Below, one piece after another: positions 21,425 to 34,741 of a DNA stretch of 64,000 nucleotides. A program made the translations under genes and the position numbers. The stretch is from Elsinoe ampelina (lineage: Eukaryota), in the NCBI GenBank assembly GCA_010093995.1, contig ML992504.1, positions 248,001 to 312,000 on the forward strand, read 5' to 3'. The stretch's first letter is position 1. Every line of letters begins with the position of its first letter. Under the pieces are notes generated by a model. It did no database searches, was not told the DNA's origin, and saw nothing but the letters and a program-made list of their open reading frames with translations.

Positions 21425-22183
21425 TTCTTTCCCGGTTGGTGAGTCGAGGGGGGGGGGGGGGGGGCCGGGCGCTGAGCTGAGGGGTGGGAGGTTGGAGGTG
21501 GTCCCGATGGGCGAGGCAGGTTGCGAGAGGGGATCTGTTGGCGTCGGAGGATTTGGAATGTCGTGCGCGCGATGTGTCAGGCGTGCTGGGGGCGTGATTC
21601 TTCGTGCAGGTGGAGTCGAAAGAGTCAGACGTGTGCAACAGTAGTTCCGAAAATTCCACGAGAGGGAGCGAGAACCGGCCCGCCTCCGCATGCGAGTCGT
21701 GGTGTGGCGTTTTTTTCGTAGGGCTGACGGCGTGACCCGACTCGAGTGAAGGATTACCCGAGCCAGTGGGTCGGGTCTGGACTGGTCTTTTTTATCATGG
21801 GGTAAAAGGTAACAAGGAAAGTTCTTGATGGTGATGGTTGATTTGAGATGTTTAAAGTGTGGCGCCTTGGAATGACAATTCGATACATGTCAGCGAGACG
21901 AGAGGAAAGGGCAGCGGGGACATCCACGGGTGACACGATTGTGTTTGGTTGGTGGAGGATGGGGGTCAATTGTGGAAAGAGTCTATAGTACAGGGAGCAT
22001 GAAGGGAGAGGCTGATGATAGCCAATTTACAGCATGTCTGGTGTTCGATAACGAAGATTGGAGAAGACGAGGACACCGCTTGAACGCTTGACCTTTCCCA
22101 ATGCGAACGCTGCGATCGTGATGTTCGGTCCGTCGTACAAGTACATGTATTATGATATGGTCGTTTGGTGAAGGGCATCGAAA

Positions 22184-24995
22184 TCATTGCCAGGGTCCTT
22201 GATCACCTGGCTGAGAGGACATGGAATGTGAATGGGGACGACCCTCAGGCTGGCTGTAGGCCGCTGGTGCTTGTTGGTTTGTGTATTGTACCTGCTGCGG
22301 CAGGTAGTGCATGGCCTGAGGTTGCTGGTTGGGGTATTGCTGTAGATGATGTTCACCGCTGGACTGGGGTATGTACAACTGATGCTCAGGTCCAGGCTGA
22401 TGTATTTCCATCGGAATCGGTTCTCCTGGCTGGAGAGGAATCATGCCCGGAGCATATGATTGTCCGGGTGCCAAAGGTCCAGACATGTAGCTTTGCGGTA
22501 CCATGGCTCCTATGTGCATTGAATGCCGGTACGAGACCGGAGGCGGGACGAATGAAGAGTGATATAGATGGTCAGGTGCTGCCATACCGGTCGCAGGTCG
22601 AGGAATCTCCGCAGGGATACTTGGGTAAGTCGCTCCATAGGTCATGCTAGCCCGTCTCTGTTGGCCAGCTGTCGGTTGCTGCGTCATGTATTGGTCATAT
22701 GTCGACATGGGCGGCGGTTGATAGTGCTCAACAAAGCCAGGCCCATTGTCGGATATATGGGCTGACTTGTACTGATGCTCAGCGACGTTTGCGCCGTACG
22801 ACTGGGCTGCTGTGGATGAGATCTGGCTATCGCGCCGAACGTCTTGTGCTGGTATGGTGTGTTCCGGCAAGGACGCAGACGTGGCACTGGAACGCCTTCT
22901 TTGGTCGGCCATTCTCATCTGCTGTAGACCTTCGGATAGTTTGTCGAATGCTCGTCGCCCGAGATCGTCGTGCTTGGTCTCTGCTAAATCCTGGAAGATG
23001 GCCACGGCTGTTTCGATGGTGTGTTCGTGGTCAAATCTGTGACGAGCGGATGCATCTGTTAGTAGAAGATTGGTGGCAGTGTACGCTTGATGCTTGATAG
23101 TCCAGTCGACCATGGATGCAGGATGATGGGTGTGTAGGTAGTGAAATACGTCTAGGATCAGCTTTGCTGATGCGATCATTTGCGACCAAGTCATAGTAGC
23201 CGTGAATTCGGGGCTCGCTAAACCCGTGTCCAACGAAGTCTGACCACTAGCAGTGCTGTTTGTGCTGAAGGATCCGTTGGCATTGACCGTGGAGACATCT
23301 TTGCGTTGTCGATGCAAGATAATGAGGTAGCTGTGAATGTTGCAATATATGACTGAGACCATTAGTGTTGGCTTTGATGTGTCTGTCAAATGACTTACCA
23401 GCACTGTATTCGTCCAACGGAGAGTCTGGCTTTTGTGAAGGATCTGACATCCACTCCCTACTGAATTGAACCTCATCGGGAAGCATATCCAGGACCATCT
23501 TCAGCTTCTCCAGATATCCGTTAATCCTATGAGAGGCCAGAGGAGAAGCGCCCATTATCTGTCTACCGAGGATCGCCAATTGATCGATACATTCTGACAG
23601 TCGGAGTACAGCAGCATCAGTCGTCAAGGGTTCCGCGAACGGACAGTCACCTATAGCTGATATGCCCATAGGGCGGCCCAGGGTCATGGAGAACTGCTGA
23701 TCAATGAATAGCAAATACCACCACAATTTTTTCCTGAAGGCCGAGTCTTTCAACGATGGTAGTGGATCGATCAGCTTCGGGTTCCGGTGCAGTCCGAGTG
23801 CTTGTGCATTCCTGATCGTGGTCCCAAGCAGAGTCCAAGCATCCAGCACCCTGCCACTGTTGGCCAGGTACATGCTGATGAGGGTTGTTGCCTGTACGTT
23901 TCGGAGCGTCGGTTGGCTTGCAAATGAAGATTGACGGAGGGCTTGCATAGAAGCTGAGCCTATAGTCTTGGTTAGCGATGATAGTAGCCGGCCTGCACGA
24001 TGGTCCACATACTGAACATCTGACTCTTGACATCGTCAAATTGCTTATCGATGTCCATCTCGTCCTGTCGTGCGTCGTACTTTATTCGCTGAAGCTCTGT
24101 CGCAAGGATCGCAAAGAGTAGTCCAAGCGTATCCGGGAAGGACGTGGCATTCTGCTCGAATGTCGCCATGAATTTCTCCACCTCTGTTCTGCCCATTCCG
24201 AACGTGAATCGTGGCGTGAGTATCGAGTCTTCACGCTCATTGTATGAATCGACGAGGTTCAAAATATCTTCCTCGGGCTCGAGACAACTTCGCAAGCCTT
24301 GTAGCCAGGTTCCTGTAGTCCAGATCGTCGGAAAAGGATACACGGTGGGAGTGCCCACGAGCAGATTGGTTATGCTGCTCTGGACCGGGTGCGAAAGGCT
24401 GAAAGACGTTTTGCTGTCACCCGCGGTCTTGATCTACCCAAGTCAGCTTTGCGCTGCTTACTTCAGAGCCAACTTACTTCTGAAACCACATTCACCATGC
24501 TTGGATTGCCAAAGTAGATGCTTTCACCAGGCTCTTCAAGTCCCAGCTTCCTCTGCGCTGACTTGAGCGTATGCGTTGATGGTCCAGTGCCGGACTTGTC
24601 ATCCTCGGTATCCAATGATGCCCCAGACCTAACCTCTAGAAGTTGTTCCTTTAGTCGCTGATTCTCTGCTCGAAGCTTGCGCAACTCCAACGACTGCTGT
24701 ATAGGTCCGAACGAAGACCCTTCAGTAAGGACAAAGTGACAGTCCCTGGGATGGCCTCTTGCGCAACATGCTGAGCATGGCTTGGTGCGGTCGCACTGGT
24801 TCTGTCAGCTCCAGCAATGGTGGCCCTAGTCGGCAGCTGTACCTTGACCTTGCGCTCCCTGCACTTGGAGCATGATAGCAGCTGGCGCTGTTGCTGCTTG
24901 GGTCGCTTCCTATCCTTGGATGGGGAAGTCCTTGAAGACTCTACACTCAGTCCCTGCGAAGCGGAAGAGAGGTCTGTATCGTCTTGATTCGACAT
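22184..24995 (-). CDS. Zn(II)2Cys6 transcription factor with fungal-specific TF domain (multi-exon)
   Basis: SCSKCRERKVK, intron 24796-24842, CDRTKPCSACCARGHPRDC. Later AQALGLHR..RKKLWW..DQQFSMTLGRP and a Gln/Pro-rich tail. Other exon boundaries were not all resolved. Confidence 0.88.
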
Positions 24996-27269
24996 TGTCG
25001 CCGAATGCCGGACCTGCTAACGATGGTCGTCCTCGGTATGAATGAACCATGCGTACTGGCATTCGTGGAAGAAATACAGTCGCATTCATAGGCTGTGATA
25101 TCGAGCGCAAGGATCGAATGTGTGGGTCGACATGGCGTCGAGCAAGGTCAGTCGCGAAGGAGAGGTCGAGACAGGACAGAAAGGCAGATGTCAACCGTCA
25201 AGTAGAAAGTGTTGGTCCAAAATCGACCGACAGGATGGTAGAAAAAAGTTACATGACCTACATAATACCTTCACGGTTCCAACGTCGGTAAGTAAAAGGC
25301 ATGTCGGGACGGGATAGTTCAACGTCGACTCGCGAAGGGCTTCCCGCTGGCGTAGACAATACATGCAGGCATAATTTGACAGGTGGACCAGTGACGCCAG
25401 ACCAGCTTTTTGGAATTGAGTATGACATGTTCATTGGTAGATGCTTCAGCGGCCGCGCACGGAGACAGTTCTGGCAGCCACGAGTGCAATTAAGGAGGTG
25501 TGCCGGGTCGTTGGAGATGTAGCTAGAGGCTCGGCCGAGGGTCGCACAACGAATGGGACAAAGGGCGGTCGTCATTTTAGTGTGGTCAGCCTGGCTCGCC
25601 TGTCACGATAGTAGGTTGCAGTATGTGAAATACTCTTTGATAAAAATTGATGAAGGCGTGGATGGTGGAGGTCGATGCAAGTCTAGACCATCGGCGATTT
25701 CCAGCGAGTCGGGAGAGATCTGAAGGAAGCACCCGAAAGCGCGGTGAAATGAGCCTCTGACGTCGTCGCACGCGATGTTGGGTCCGTTCATGCAGGCCAA
25801 CTCAACGGCACAAGGCGCGCATTGGGCTGACCTCGTGTCAAAACGTTTTGATCCTTGCTCCGTGGAGTCGGTCGTCAGGGGGGGAAGCAGCGTCCACTTC
25901 CAGGATACTCAGGCGATTGGATGGGGAACGGACATCCGCCCGCGGCTTGAGGACCCAGGGGAATCGACTAGGACACGTCGTTACGGCATGGCGCCAAAGA
26001 AAATTAGGGTATGGCGTTCGTGCGGGCGACTAGCCGAATGTTCGTGCAGTTGACAAGTGGCCGGAGATGCAGGAGAAGCAGAGATGGCCTTGACAAGGCA
26101 GAGGCCAGACCCGTCCTAGGGGGTTGAAACGCGAGCAGAAATGGCAGGGTCGGAGGTGAAAAGGCGGTGATGGGGGGGGGAGCGTGGAAAGCTTGCGAGG
26201 CAGCTCGAGCCCTGTCCTCTTCCCACCACGCGCAACAAGCTTTCGGGCGAGATCTGGCGAAATGCGACGGAAGGTCGAGCCGCGACAACATGGCTGCACG
26301 GTGCATCTCCAATAATGGCTTGTTTGACAAATGTTGCTCCAAACCATTCGCCTTTTGCTCGATGCAGCACACGTTATGCAAGAGAAATTGCAGCGACGGT
26401 ACGTGTGTAGATCGATGCTCGAGAAAGCCCTGCAAAACCTGCCCTGCATGCCACTATAGTACCTCAACGAGACCGGTGTCGCCGAACCGAAATCCATCGG
26501 CTGATCCTGGGCTGCTTCTACGGTTTGTGTACCGTGGTTCGGTCTGAAGAGAAACAACCAAGCTGGATGCTTGATGATGTGTCTGCCATGTGGCAAGGCT
26601 GGCTACGCGGGCACAGGGCAAATTATGGAGAAACGGTCTAGACGTTGTGGATCGTAATGCAGAGGTCGTTACCATGTGCCAATACCAATTGCTTCTGGTG
26701 CTCCCAAACAGGTTCGAGGTGACTGGAAGATGGCCTAGTTGTTAACGATGCAGGCTGGTATTCGGGAGAGCATCCTGCATAGCGGTCAAGGACATTATTT
26801 CTCATGTATGCTCTCAACCTTTGTCCGTGAGTGCTTGATTGGGCTTTCTCACTGCAGCACTAGCAGTGCGGAGCTGTGATGATCCTATTCGCGGTGTTTG
26901 TATGGGCCAATGATTTAATCCTCGCTCCTCGAGTCTCTACATCCTGGTAGCCGGTATCTGATCCGAATGGCATTGCGGGGGGCGCCGGCATCCGCTTGCG
27001 GTGTTCTTCCCGCCCTTCAGAAACCCGTGGCAGACCCATGTCTTGATTGATTTCAATCCGCAGTGCTTGAGCAAGCCGTGTCCAGGCACTATAGGCGCAG
27101 TCCAACGCTGCATCATCCATAACTCCGCCGAAGCTCGCCGGAACTCGACCGAGACCTTCCCGCTGTTGGACATGTCTCTGCGAATCCCCCGTAACTTGTT
27201 CTCCGTCAAGCGCAAACAGATATGCTCGCAGTCACATGACCTATCTCCTCACTTACACAGCATTCCCAT

Positions 27270-30200
27270 TCAATCAACCCCATCATCCGCCCTCTTGATC
27301 AACCTCAGTGGCTTGACCCACATTCGGGCAATGTACACATCAACCCTGTCGATCGCAACTTCCCACTCATCTCCCAATTTAGCCTCCGGAAAGAAATCAA
27401 GATCGGGGTTGAGCATGTTGGTACTCACACCATACTCCTTTATGATCACCACCTGTTCCATCCCAGTCGGCGCAGGCTGACTGATGTATGCAGTCAACGT
27501 TGGGGGGAGCTCCATTTCACCAAAGTAATGCGCGCGGAAGAAGAGCTGCTGTGTCCAAAAGGCAATACCTGTGCGTTTCGCCCTCTTGATGCGATCTTCT
27601 CGGGCACGCAGGGTGAGCATCATCTGCTGGAGACTGGTAGCGGAGAAAGGAAGGAGGTCGCGACCTTTGCCTCCTACCAAGGAAATACCTCGCCGGTGCT
27701 CCTCGAGGAGGGCGGCTTGGATCTGCCAGTGTGTGACCATGTCGCCGTATCGACGAAGTGGTGAGGTCACTTTGCTGAAGTGTGTCATGCCTAGCTGTTC
27801 GTGAGGAAGAGGTTCCAAAGTCAACGTGGAAGGATTGGATCGATTAAGGTACGCGTTGAGCATGTGGAATGGCACGACACCATTCCTTTGTTGCATCATA
27901 GGCTCGAGCACTCGTCGGTAGTATTGTGTAGCGGTCTCCTTGGATCCAGATACTCCACGTAGCGAGCCTCGATAGATGTTGGGGATGCCTCGATCGTGAC
28001 ACCACTTACTGCCAATTTCGCAGGCCAATAACATGCACTCGCGGACCATCATGTTACTGTCCATCCGCCCCGTCAAATCGAAGTCCGTGCTGAAATCACT
28101 GGTCATTAGCTGAATCGTCGGGTCTCCAAAGGCACGCTTGACGACCATTCGGGAAGGTCCGGACCATCCCAGTCCAGCTCTGTAGGACCTATCCCAGACC
28201 TTGATGTCTTGGTCGACAGCGGCAAGCGAGATACCGCTCAGAGCTGATCGCACACCGAAACGTGCTCGGGCGAGTGCATGCAATTTGATCAAGGCTTGTT
28301 TCTCAGCGCTGCTGAGGTGCTTAGCTTTGGTTTGAGACCTCACGGGAACTTCTGGAGGAGGTGGAGTGCCAACTATAAGTGCCCTCATCTTTTGTGCCGT
28401 GGCACCACCCGTTTGGAGAACCTTGTCGACCTCGGAAGCTTCCAATTGGTATACTTTTTTTACTGTCCCCGCTGTGATTTTAGAGTCAAGTGTGTTACCG
28501 CTGTTATCCAATTTTGCACTAAACGTTAAGCAAGGTCGATCTTCGCCCAAGCTGAAGGTCTTCCTGGCTGCCCAATTTGGCAGCATCGTGTATGGTCGCT
28601 CCGGCATGTAGATGGTCTCAGTCATGTGCCGCGCCATTCTGGCGATCGGAGAGTCTTTGTCCATGAAAGCAGTCGGGTTGGCAATATGGACATGTACCCA
28701 ATGCTCGTCAGAGGATACGCTTTCCAGTGAGATGCCGTCGTCAATCTCCACAGCACCAGCCTTGTCGATACAGAAGACTGGAAGATCACCATAGTCCTGT
28801 CTGATTGATGCGAGAATGTCGTCGGTGATAAGTCCCATTTTTTTCGGGTCTGCCGCCCCGTTGTCAAGTCGAGACATTAATTGTTCGAGGGGACGACTGT
28901 GTTGTGCTGACGGAATCAACAGATTCTCATCGTAACGTGCCCGATTCTCCCATGGGACCATGACCCCAATTTCTTGCAGAAAGACAAAGCCCAATCTCTC
29001 CCGAAGCTCGTATCCCTCGTAAAGGCCGGTAGCTTGTAGCAGAAGGGGCGGCTGCGATTGGATTGTGGGCTGCCTCGTGAATGCTCGCACGCATGACCAG
29101 GCCTCCATGAAACGTATAATTTCTTGTTCATCATCAGTCCAGGTCCCGGTCGACTTGGTGACGTATTGAATGATGCTCTCATCCCGAACAAATGGAAACC
29201 TTTTCTTGCTTGGTCCAACATTGCCCAGCTCGGTCGGTTCTCTATCTCTTCTGCTTTCCAAAATGACCTTTCTCGCTTTCTGGGCAAAGGTCTGAATCAG
29301 TTTGCCTCCTCTTGACTTGAACTTCATCAGGAGTGGATCTGACCCCGGCTTGTGCACGGCCACCTCGTCGCGATATTGACGAATCCAGTCTCGGACTTTG
29401 TCCACCATTTTGACCTGCGCTTTGGATCTAATGTGAACGAAGCCGGTGATCCTGTGATGTCTCGGGTCAAATCCGAAGGCAAAACCAGCTCGAATCAAGG
29501 CTAGACGGGTCGCAAATTGCTCTTGAGTGGAGATCGGAACATCAACAGAACGCCCTAGTAGCTTTCGTGCAATTTGGATGAGGGTTCCGAATTTTAAATC
29601 GTTCTCATGAGCCAGAGTCTCGTGAGCACGATCTAGCCGGACAGCATGCTGCCGATAAATGTCTTGAGCTTCATTTGTGAAATTGACCAGCTTCGAGATG
29701 ATGGGTGCTGACAGATGCCGCGGGACAGACAGATCAAAGAAGGTACTCTGCGTGAGATACTCTTCTGTTACACGATATGGCAGATGAGGAATCAACCTTT
29801 CCACAATCTCCGAGTCGACAAAGTTGGGGACAACGAATTGAACAGTCGTCTGAGTCGTGTGGATCCACTTCCCGTTGACTGTGATGAACTGCGACAGTGC
29901 ATTACCTGTCCCAAGTCTTCGAATAAAGACTCCGAGTATTGGATCCTTGCTAGCTTCCAGCTGGGGGATCTCCACGAGATCACCTGTCCTCAGGATGCGG
30001 TGACTCGGGTCCAATGCATCAAGCTCCTCTGCTGTAGCCATTGCATCTATACCATGCATAGCATCGTCTTCGTATAAATCAGGATCGTAGGCCTCCTGTT
30101 GACCGCCGATCTTGGAGAAGGAGTTTGGTGCGGCTGAACGATCTACACTTCCCAAGTAGGGAGCAAGTTCGTCCTGCATGTGAATACCATACGTGGTGTG

Positions 30201-30506
30201 CCAGTCTTTTAGTTCAAGGCGAATACCTTGGCCCATTCTCGGATTGCTCTTGAAAGGTACCCCATCCGAGGTGACACGGACCCGAAAGGCTGGTGTGCCA
30301 ACATGTGCGGACGACTGTGCGGAAGTCGAGTCGACAGACGCGCTGCGCGTCTGTGTGACATGTCGTGATGTACGGCTCAGGCTTGTCTTGGCTATGCTCG
30401 TCAGGTGGCGGACGGGGTGTCCTCGCGCTTTTGCCGCTTTGGCGTGCATCGAGAGAGCACAGCTCCAGCAAACACTGCCAGGGCCATATCGAGGTCGGAC
30501 GGGCAT
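27270..30506 (-). CDS. Mitochondrial RNase II/RNB-family exoribonuclease (cyt-4/DSS1-like)
   Basis: CIDKAGAVEIDDGIS catalytic motif, HVHIANPT, TSPLRRYGDMVTHWQI and a basic presequence. Confidence 0.9.
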   Translation of the reverse strand: MPVRPRYGPGSVCWSCALSMHAKAAKARGHPVRHLTSIAKTSLSRTSRHVTQTRSASVDSTSAQSSAHVGTPAFRVRVTSDGVPFKSNPRMGQGIRLELKDWHTTYGIHMQDELAPYLGSVDRSAAPNSFSKIGGQQEAYDPDLYEDDAMHGIDAMATAEELDALDPSHRILRTGDLVEIPQLEASKDPILGVFIRRLGTGNALSQFITVNGKWIHTTQTTVQFVVPNFVDSEIVERLIPHLPYRVTEEYLTQSTFFDLSVPRHLSAPIISKLVNFTNEAQDIYRQHAVRLDRAHETLAHENDLKFGTLIQIARKLLGRSVDVPISTQEQFATRLALIRAGFAFGFDPRHHRITGFVHIRSKAQVKMVDKVRDWIRQYRDEVAVHKPGSDPLLMKFKSRGGKLIQTFAQKARKVILESRRDREPTELGNVGPSKKRFPFVRDESIIQYVTKSTGTWTDDEQEIIRFMEAWSCVRAFTRQPTIQSQPPLLLQATGLYEGYELRERLGFVFLQEIGVMVPWENRARYDENLLIPSAQHSRPLEQLMSRLDNGAADPKKMGLITDDILASIRQDYGDLPVFCIDKAGAVEIDDGISLESVSSDEHWVHVHIANPTAFMDKDSPIARMARHMTETIYMPERPYTMLPNWAARKTFSLGEDRPCLTFSAKLDNSGNTLDSKITAGTVKKVYQLEASEVDKVLQTGGATAQKMRALIVGTPPPPEVPVRSQTKAKHLSSAEKQALIKLHALARARFGVRSALSGISLAAVDQDIKVWDRSYRAGLGWSGPSRMVVKRAFGDPTIQLMTSDFSTDFDLTGRMDSNMMVRECMLLACEIGSKWCHDRGIPNIYRGSLRGVSGSKETATQYYRRVLEPMMQQRNGVVPFHMLNAYLNRSNPSTLTLEPLPHEQLGMTHFSKVTSPLRRYGDMVTHWQIQAALLEEHRRGISLVGGKGRDLLPFSATSLQQMMLTLRAREDRIKRAKRTGIAFWTQQLFFRAHYFGEMELPPTLTAYISQPAPTGMEQVVIIKEYGVSTNMLNPDLDFFPEAKLGDEWEVAIDRVDVYIARMWVKPLRLIKRADDGVD

Positions 30507-30977
30507 CAAATGTGGTTGTGACTAAGGCCAGGAATATATGTTGTTTGGTCGATGAAAAGTACGCGTATGTGCTGATATTTTCTGAGATGATATACGGTAG
30601 GTATTGGATAGATGATGATGCGGCGAAACTTTTTTGGACCGGAGATCTGCATGAAGATGTTTCCGGCCCGATACGCGGGGTTTACGGTGTTCGGACTTAG
30701 TCATCATCCTTCTGAGGAGAATTGCCTCGTTCGTTGGGCGCCTCTTTGCGTTGTCGCAAGACAGCAATATCCTCTGCTGCATTCTGATAATTCACACAAA
30801 CACACTTGTGTAGCCACCGTGTACGACCGAAACGCTTCTGGACCCGTGTGAGCACTATATTGTCTTGGCCCTTCGCCATCGCGTCGGTCCTCCATCTTCC
30901 GCCATCGCGCGCAGTCGGACGGTGTTGAGGCCGTCCGCCGACAACCAAGGGAACCCTCAGGGAACCCCTCGACCATC

Positions 30978-33930
30978 ATGAGCTTCATCGATCCTCAGTT
31001 GCAGGGCGAGGATCAGAGGCCTCTACCATTCAGCAGACCCTCTGATCAAGAGAGGACACCAGTGTCGGCTCCTTACTATCCCAACCCTCCCACTGGCTAT
31101 TCGGCCACACCGCCGTCATACCACCAACCAGCTGCCGTCACGCCAACTACGGCCGAGCAGGACGAAGTGGACCAACAAAGGTAATACTCAGCTCGGGGTT
31201 TCGATGTCGCTATGCTTGATCATCTGATAATGCATCGGCTCTGCCTCTACTGCCATCCGCCAGGTGCTGACTTATAATAGTCCAGGCAACAATGACGACT
31301 CCAAGCGACCACGGGCATGCGAGAGCTGCCGCGGCCTAAAGGTTCGTTGTGACCAAGATCCCAACAACCCAGATGCACCTTGTAAGAGATGCGCAAAAGC
31401 CAATCGACAATGCATCTACACACAGCCCAGTCGCAAGAGGCAGAAGAAAGCAGACAGTAGGGTCGCCGACCTGGAGAGGAAACTTGATGCCTTGACGGCC
31501 GCATTGCACGCTCAGCAGTATGCTGGGGCCGCCGGCATGTATCCACCAGGTGTACCACAGCAGGATACGCAGACTCCAGGACCTCGTCCACAACCGGGCC
31601 CTAATCAACGATACCCGGATCAAGCCAGCAGCTATCCGCAGCCCGGTCCGTTTGGTGGGTTTGCTCCCCCACCTCCGGCACCAAGCTACCAGGACCAGGA
31701 GCAGTCTTACCCCTCCAACAAGCGACGTAGGACTGAGGGTGGTAGTGCTGATTCGAGCAGCGATATGCAAAGACTAGTGAAAGAGTACAATAGAGACCCG
31801 TGGGATCTGCTTGAGAAAGAGCAATCGGACCGTCTTGCAAGGAACGGTATCCGCCGGGAGCTGTATCCAGTCGCGCCGGAAATCATCATCAAGCTCATCT
31901 GCGATATTCTGGACACGCCCACTCGCACGAGGATATTCGATCGTTTTGTGAATGATTGTCTCCCGACCCTACCCGCCCTGGCTTTCCCTCCGGATACCAA
32001 GGCCCAGGATATACTCGAATCGAAGCCGATCCTGTTTCTTGTTATCATGGCCGCTGCAGGCTGGGGTCATATCCCTCAAGAGTCACAAAATCGCCTGTCT
32101 CGGGAAATCATGGACATCTTCGCAGATTGTGTATTGCGACATGCCATCAAGTCTCTGGAGCTCGTCCAGGCCATGCTGGTAGCTGTGCTCTGGTATCGCC
32201 CTCCCGAAAAGCCCGAGCAGGTCAACTTCTACATGATTGTTCACATGGCAGCATGCATGGCTCTGGACATTGGTCTTGGAAAGCGCTTTAGCCAAGCGAA
32301 AGCCCGTCGTGGATTTGGTGGTCCAGCTTGCGACCTGCCGCCTGGACGACTCACTGCTATGGTTGACTCGGACTCTATCGAGGCTAGACGTACCTGGCTA
32401 GCATGCTACTACCTCTCCGCGGCTGTTGCCATGTCGCTTCGCCGCCCTCATCTCATCCGATGGTCTAATTACATGCACGAGTGCGCCGAGGTTCTCGAGA
32501 ATTCGCCCGAGGCCTTGCCAACCGATAAGAGCTTTGCCGAATATGTCCGCCTTCAGAAAATCTGCGAGGATATCTCAAACTCTTTTCAGATGGACGATCC
32601 TTCGGCCACAGCCATCTCAATCTCGGATCCCAAAGTCTCCTACACTCTTGATGTCTTTGAGCAAAAGCTACAAGAATGGCACCAGAAGCTACCAGACGAG
32701 TCGAAGCAGAAGTCGCATCTTCTGTTCCTTCATGAAGTTGCCATTCTCTACCTACACGAGATTGCCATGCAGTACGTTCTATTAGCTATATCGAGTGCCT
32801 CCCACTGACCGCGCTATAGTGTCAATCACAATGTCGACGATTTCAAGCTTCCATTCACCGAAGAGTCTCTACGTTCTGGAGCACAGCACTCCGAGGTCCT
32901 CACTCACCGGCAAATGGCTTCTCTCGAGAAGTGCTTGAAGTCGGCACAGAAGATCGTGTCTACTTATGCAAGCTTCGGATTTGAGGCTGCTGGCAACATG
33001 CCAACTTTGCTTTTCTTCATCCGCTGTGCTTACGCTTTGGTAGTGCTGATCAAGATGCACATGGCCGTGGTCACACCTGGGTCAGAAGTTGCCAAAATCA
33101 TCAAGCCAGAGGACGTTCGCGTAGAGGAGTACATGGAGATGCTGTGGTCATTGTTCCAGCGCATGGCTAGATTCGACGGCAACCGACCGCACGGCAAAGC
33201 ACTCAAGATTCTGTCCGTCCTTCGCGATTGGTTCCTCAAGCACCAGGATGTTGACAAGGATGGTATCCCAAAGGCTACGACCGCAGCTACAATCTCATCA
33301 GCCCTCAATCAACACAAGTCCGCGCCCTTCGGCAGGAACCCCAACGGCATGAGTGCAGGTAACACAGCCGGTAACTCCAAGCTACAAGTCCTTTCCGAAG
33401 CTGCCACCGCCGGCCAACAAGGCCGCACATCACCATCCCAGCGCGATCTCAGCAATGCTGCCAACCCAGCCAACCAGAACTGGACCGTCGACAGTCCCAC
33501 TATCTTCAACATCCGTCCGGGACAAGGCGGCAACGACAATCGTCAGGAAAACCAGAGCATCGCCTCCGACCCCACGGCCGGCACTCCCTCCAGCAACCCA
33601 GTCAACACCCCTCGTGCCGGATCCATGAATTACCCCGACCAATCCGCCATCAACATCAACGGCAACATGATGCCCAAAAATCAAGGCAACAACGCCACCT
33701 TCGGCGGAGGCTTCAACGGCTTCTTCAGCCCGACCGGGGCCGAGAACCTCGACTGGACCGCAGGCATGGATCTAGATCAGGTCCTCCAGGGTGCGTTCAA
33801 GGACATTGACGCGAGTGGAGATCTAGGCGGGTGGTTCTTCGGTGACGGCGTGGGTGCTTACCAGATACCTGGAGATAACGGAGCGGGGTTGCAGGGAGGG
33901 TTGTCCGGAGCGGGAGACAAGGGGTGGTAG
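30978..33930 (+). CDS. Zn(II)2Cys6 transcription factor
   Basis: RACESCRGLKVRC...CKRCAKANRQC. Introns 31181-31280 and 32772-32819 join three ORFs in frame. Confidence 0.9.
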
Positions 33931-34114
33931 GATGATCCTTTTGCTTATCTGGGCGTGGCGACGACGGGAGTCCCAGGCCGTCGGTAGGGGATATGCAGTG
34001 TAGTTCTAGATGCATAAGCAGCTCCTTCCCTCTCAACCTTGAATTCGGCCCTGTACCCTACCGGCCCACCCTCTGATCGTCCCATGTCTCCCTTGGCCAG
34101 TTCGGCCGAGACAC

Positions 34115-34372
34115 TCATCCTGAACTCACGGGCGGTATCACGGCTACTTCATCCCCTGCTTTGATGACGAAATCCTTGTCGTTGTGGACGTCCACGTACT
34201 CCAGGTTCACCGTGAGCGCGGCGGAAGAGAGGACCTTGGCTGTGATGCCGGGGTAGAGAGACTCGAGGTGGGCGTAGAGCTCTGGGACGGTGAGGGGGGC
34301 GGGGAGGAGGAGGGTGGTTTTGTTGGTGTAGGTTTGGGCGGAGGCGAAGAGGAGGAGGGTGGAGGTTGACAT
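34115..34372 (-). CDS. cnxG: Molybdopterin synthase small (sulfur-carrier) subunit, MOCS2A-like
   Basis: LLFASA..TVNLEYV..GDEVAVIPPVSSG C-terminus (ThiS/MoaD fold). Confidence 0.9.
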   Translation of the reverse strand: MSTSTLLLFASAQTYTNKTTLLLPAPLTVPELYAHLESLYPGITAKVLSSAALTVNLEYVDVHNDKDFVIKAGDEVAVIPPVSSG

Positions 34373-34654
34373 GGTTGGGTTTTGGGGATTGGTTGGGGAG
34401 GGGAGATGGTGGGAAGGGGATGAGGTGGCGGGATGGAGATGGTGGGAGGGTGGTGGGCGGGTTGTTGATGGTGGCGGAGATGGTGGGGTGGAGATGGTGG
34501 TTCCACGGTTAAGGACGAAGAGTCAAGCGACGAGATGATTTTCAGATGAAATGGTTTACGAAAATGCAATCACTTCCTCGGTCCTCTTGGACATTCGGAA
34601 CGATGGAGGTGGTCAGATGGTCAAGTATGTCGTGCCGCGGAAGAGATTTTGGTA

Positions 34655-34741
34655 CAGTCGAATTCGCTTCAAACGAGCCACCCCGGGCTTGGCGATAGTT
34701 TGTGCCGACTTTACATCACCAAAATTTAGTGGCTAGAGGTC
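34655..34741 (+). repeat. Left terminal inverted repeat (87 bp)
   Basis: Reverse complement of 49785-49871 with 4 mismatches, all CpA/TpG-to-TpA transitions. Confidence 0.95.

Noticed and set aside
21448..21464. G17 homopolymer just upstream of DPH3
   Set aside because: Part of the local G-skew and prone to sequencing error. No independent evidence of function.
25000..27260. 2.2-kb region with many short ORFs; considered as an ncRNA such as telomerase RNA
   Set aside because: No full TAACCCTAA template or other RNA-family motif seen. Most simply the long promoter of the Zn2Cys6 gene.
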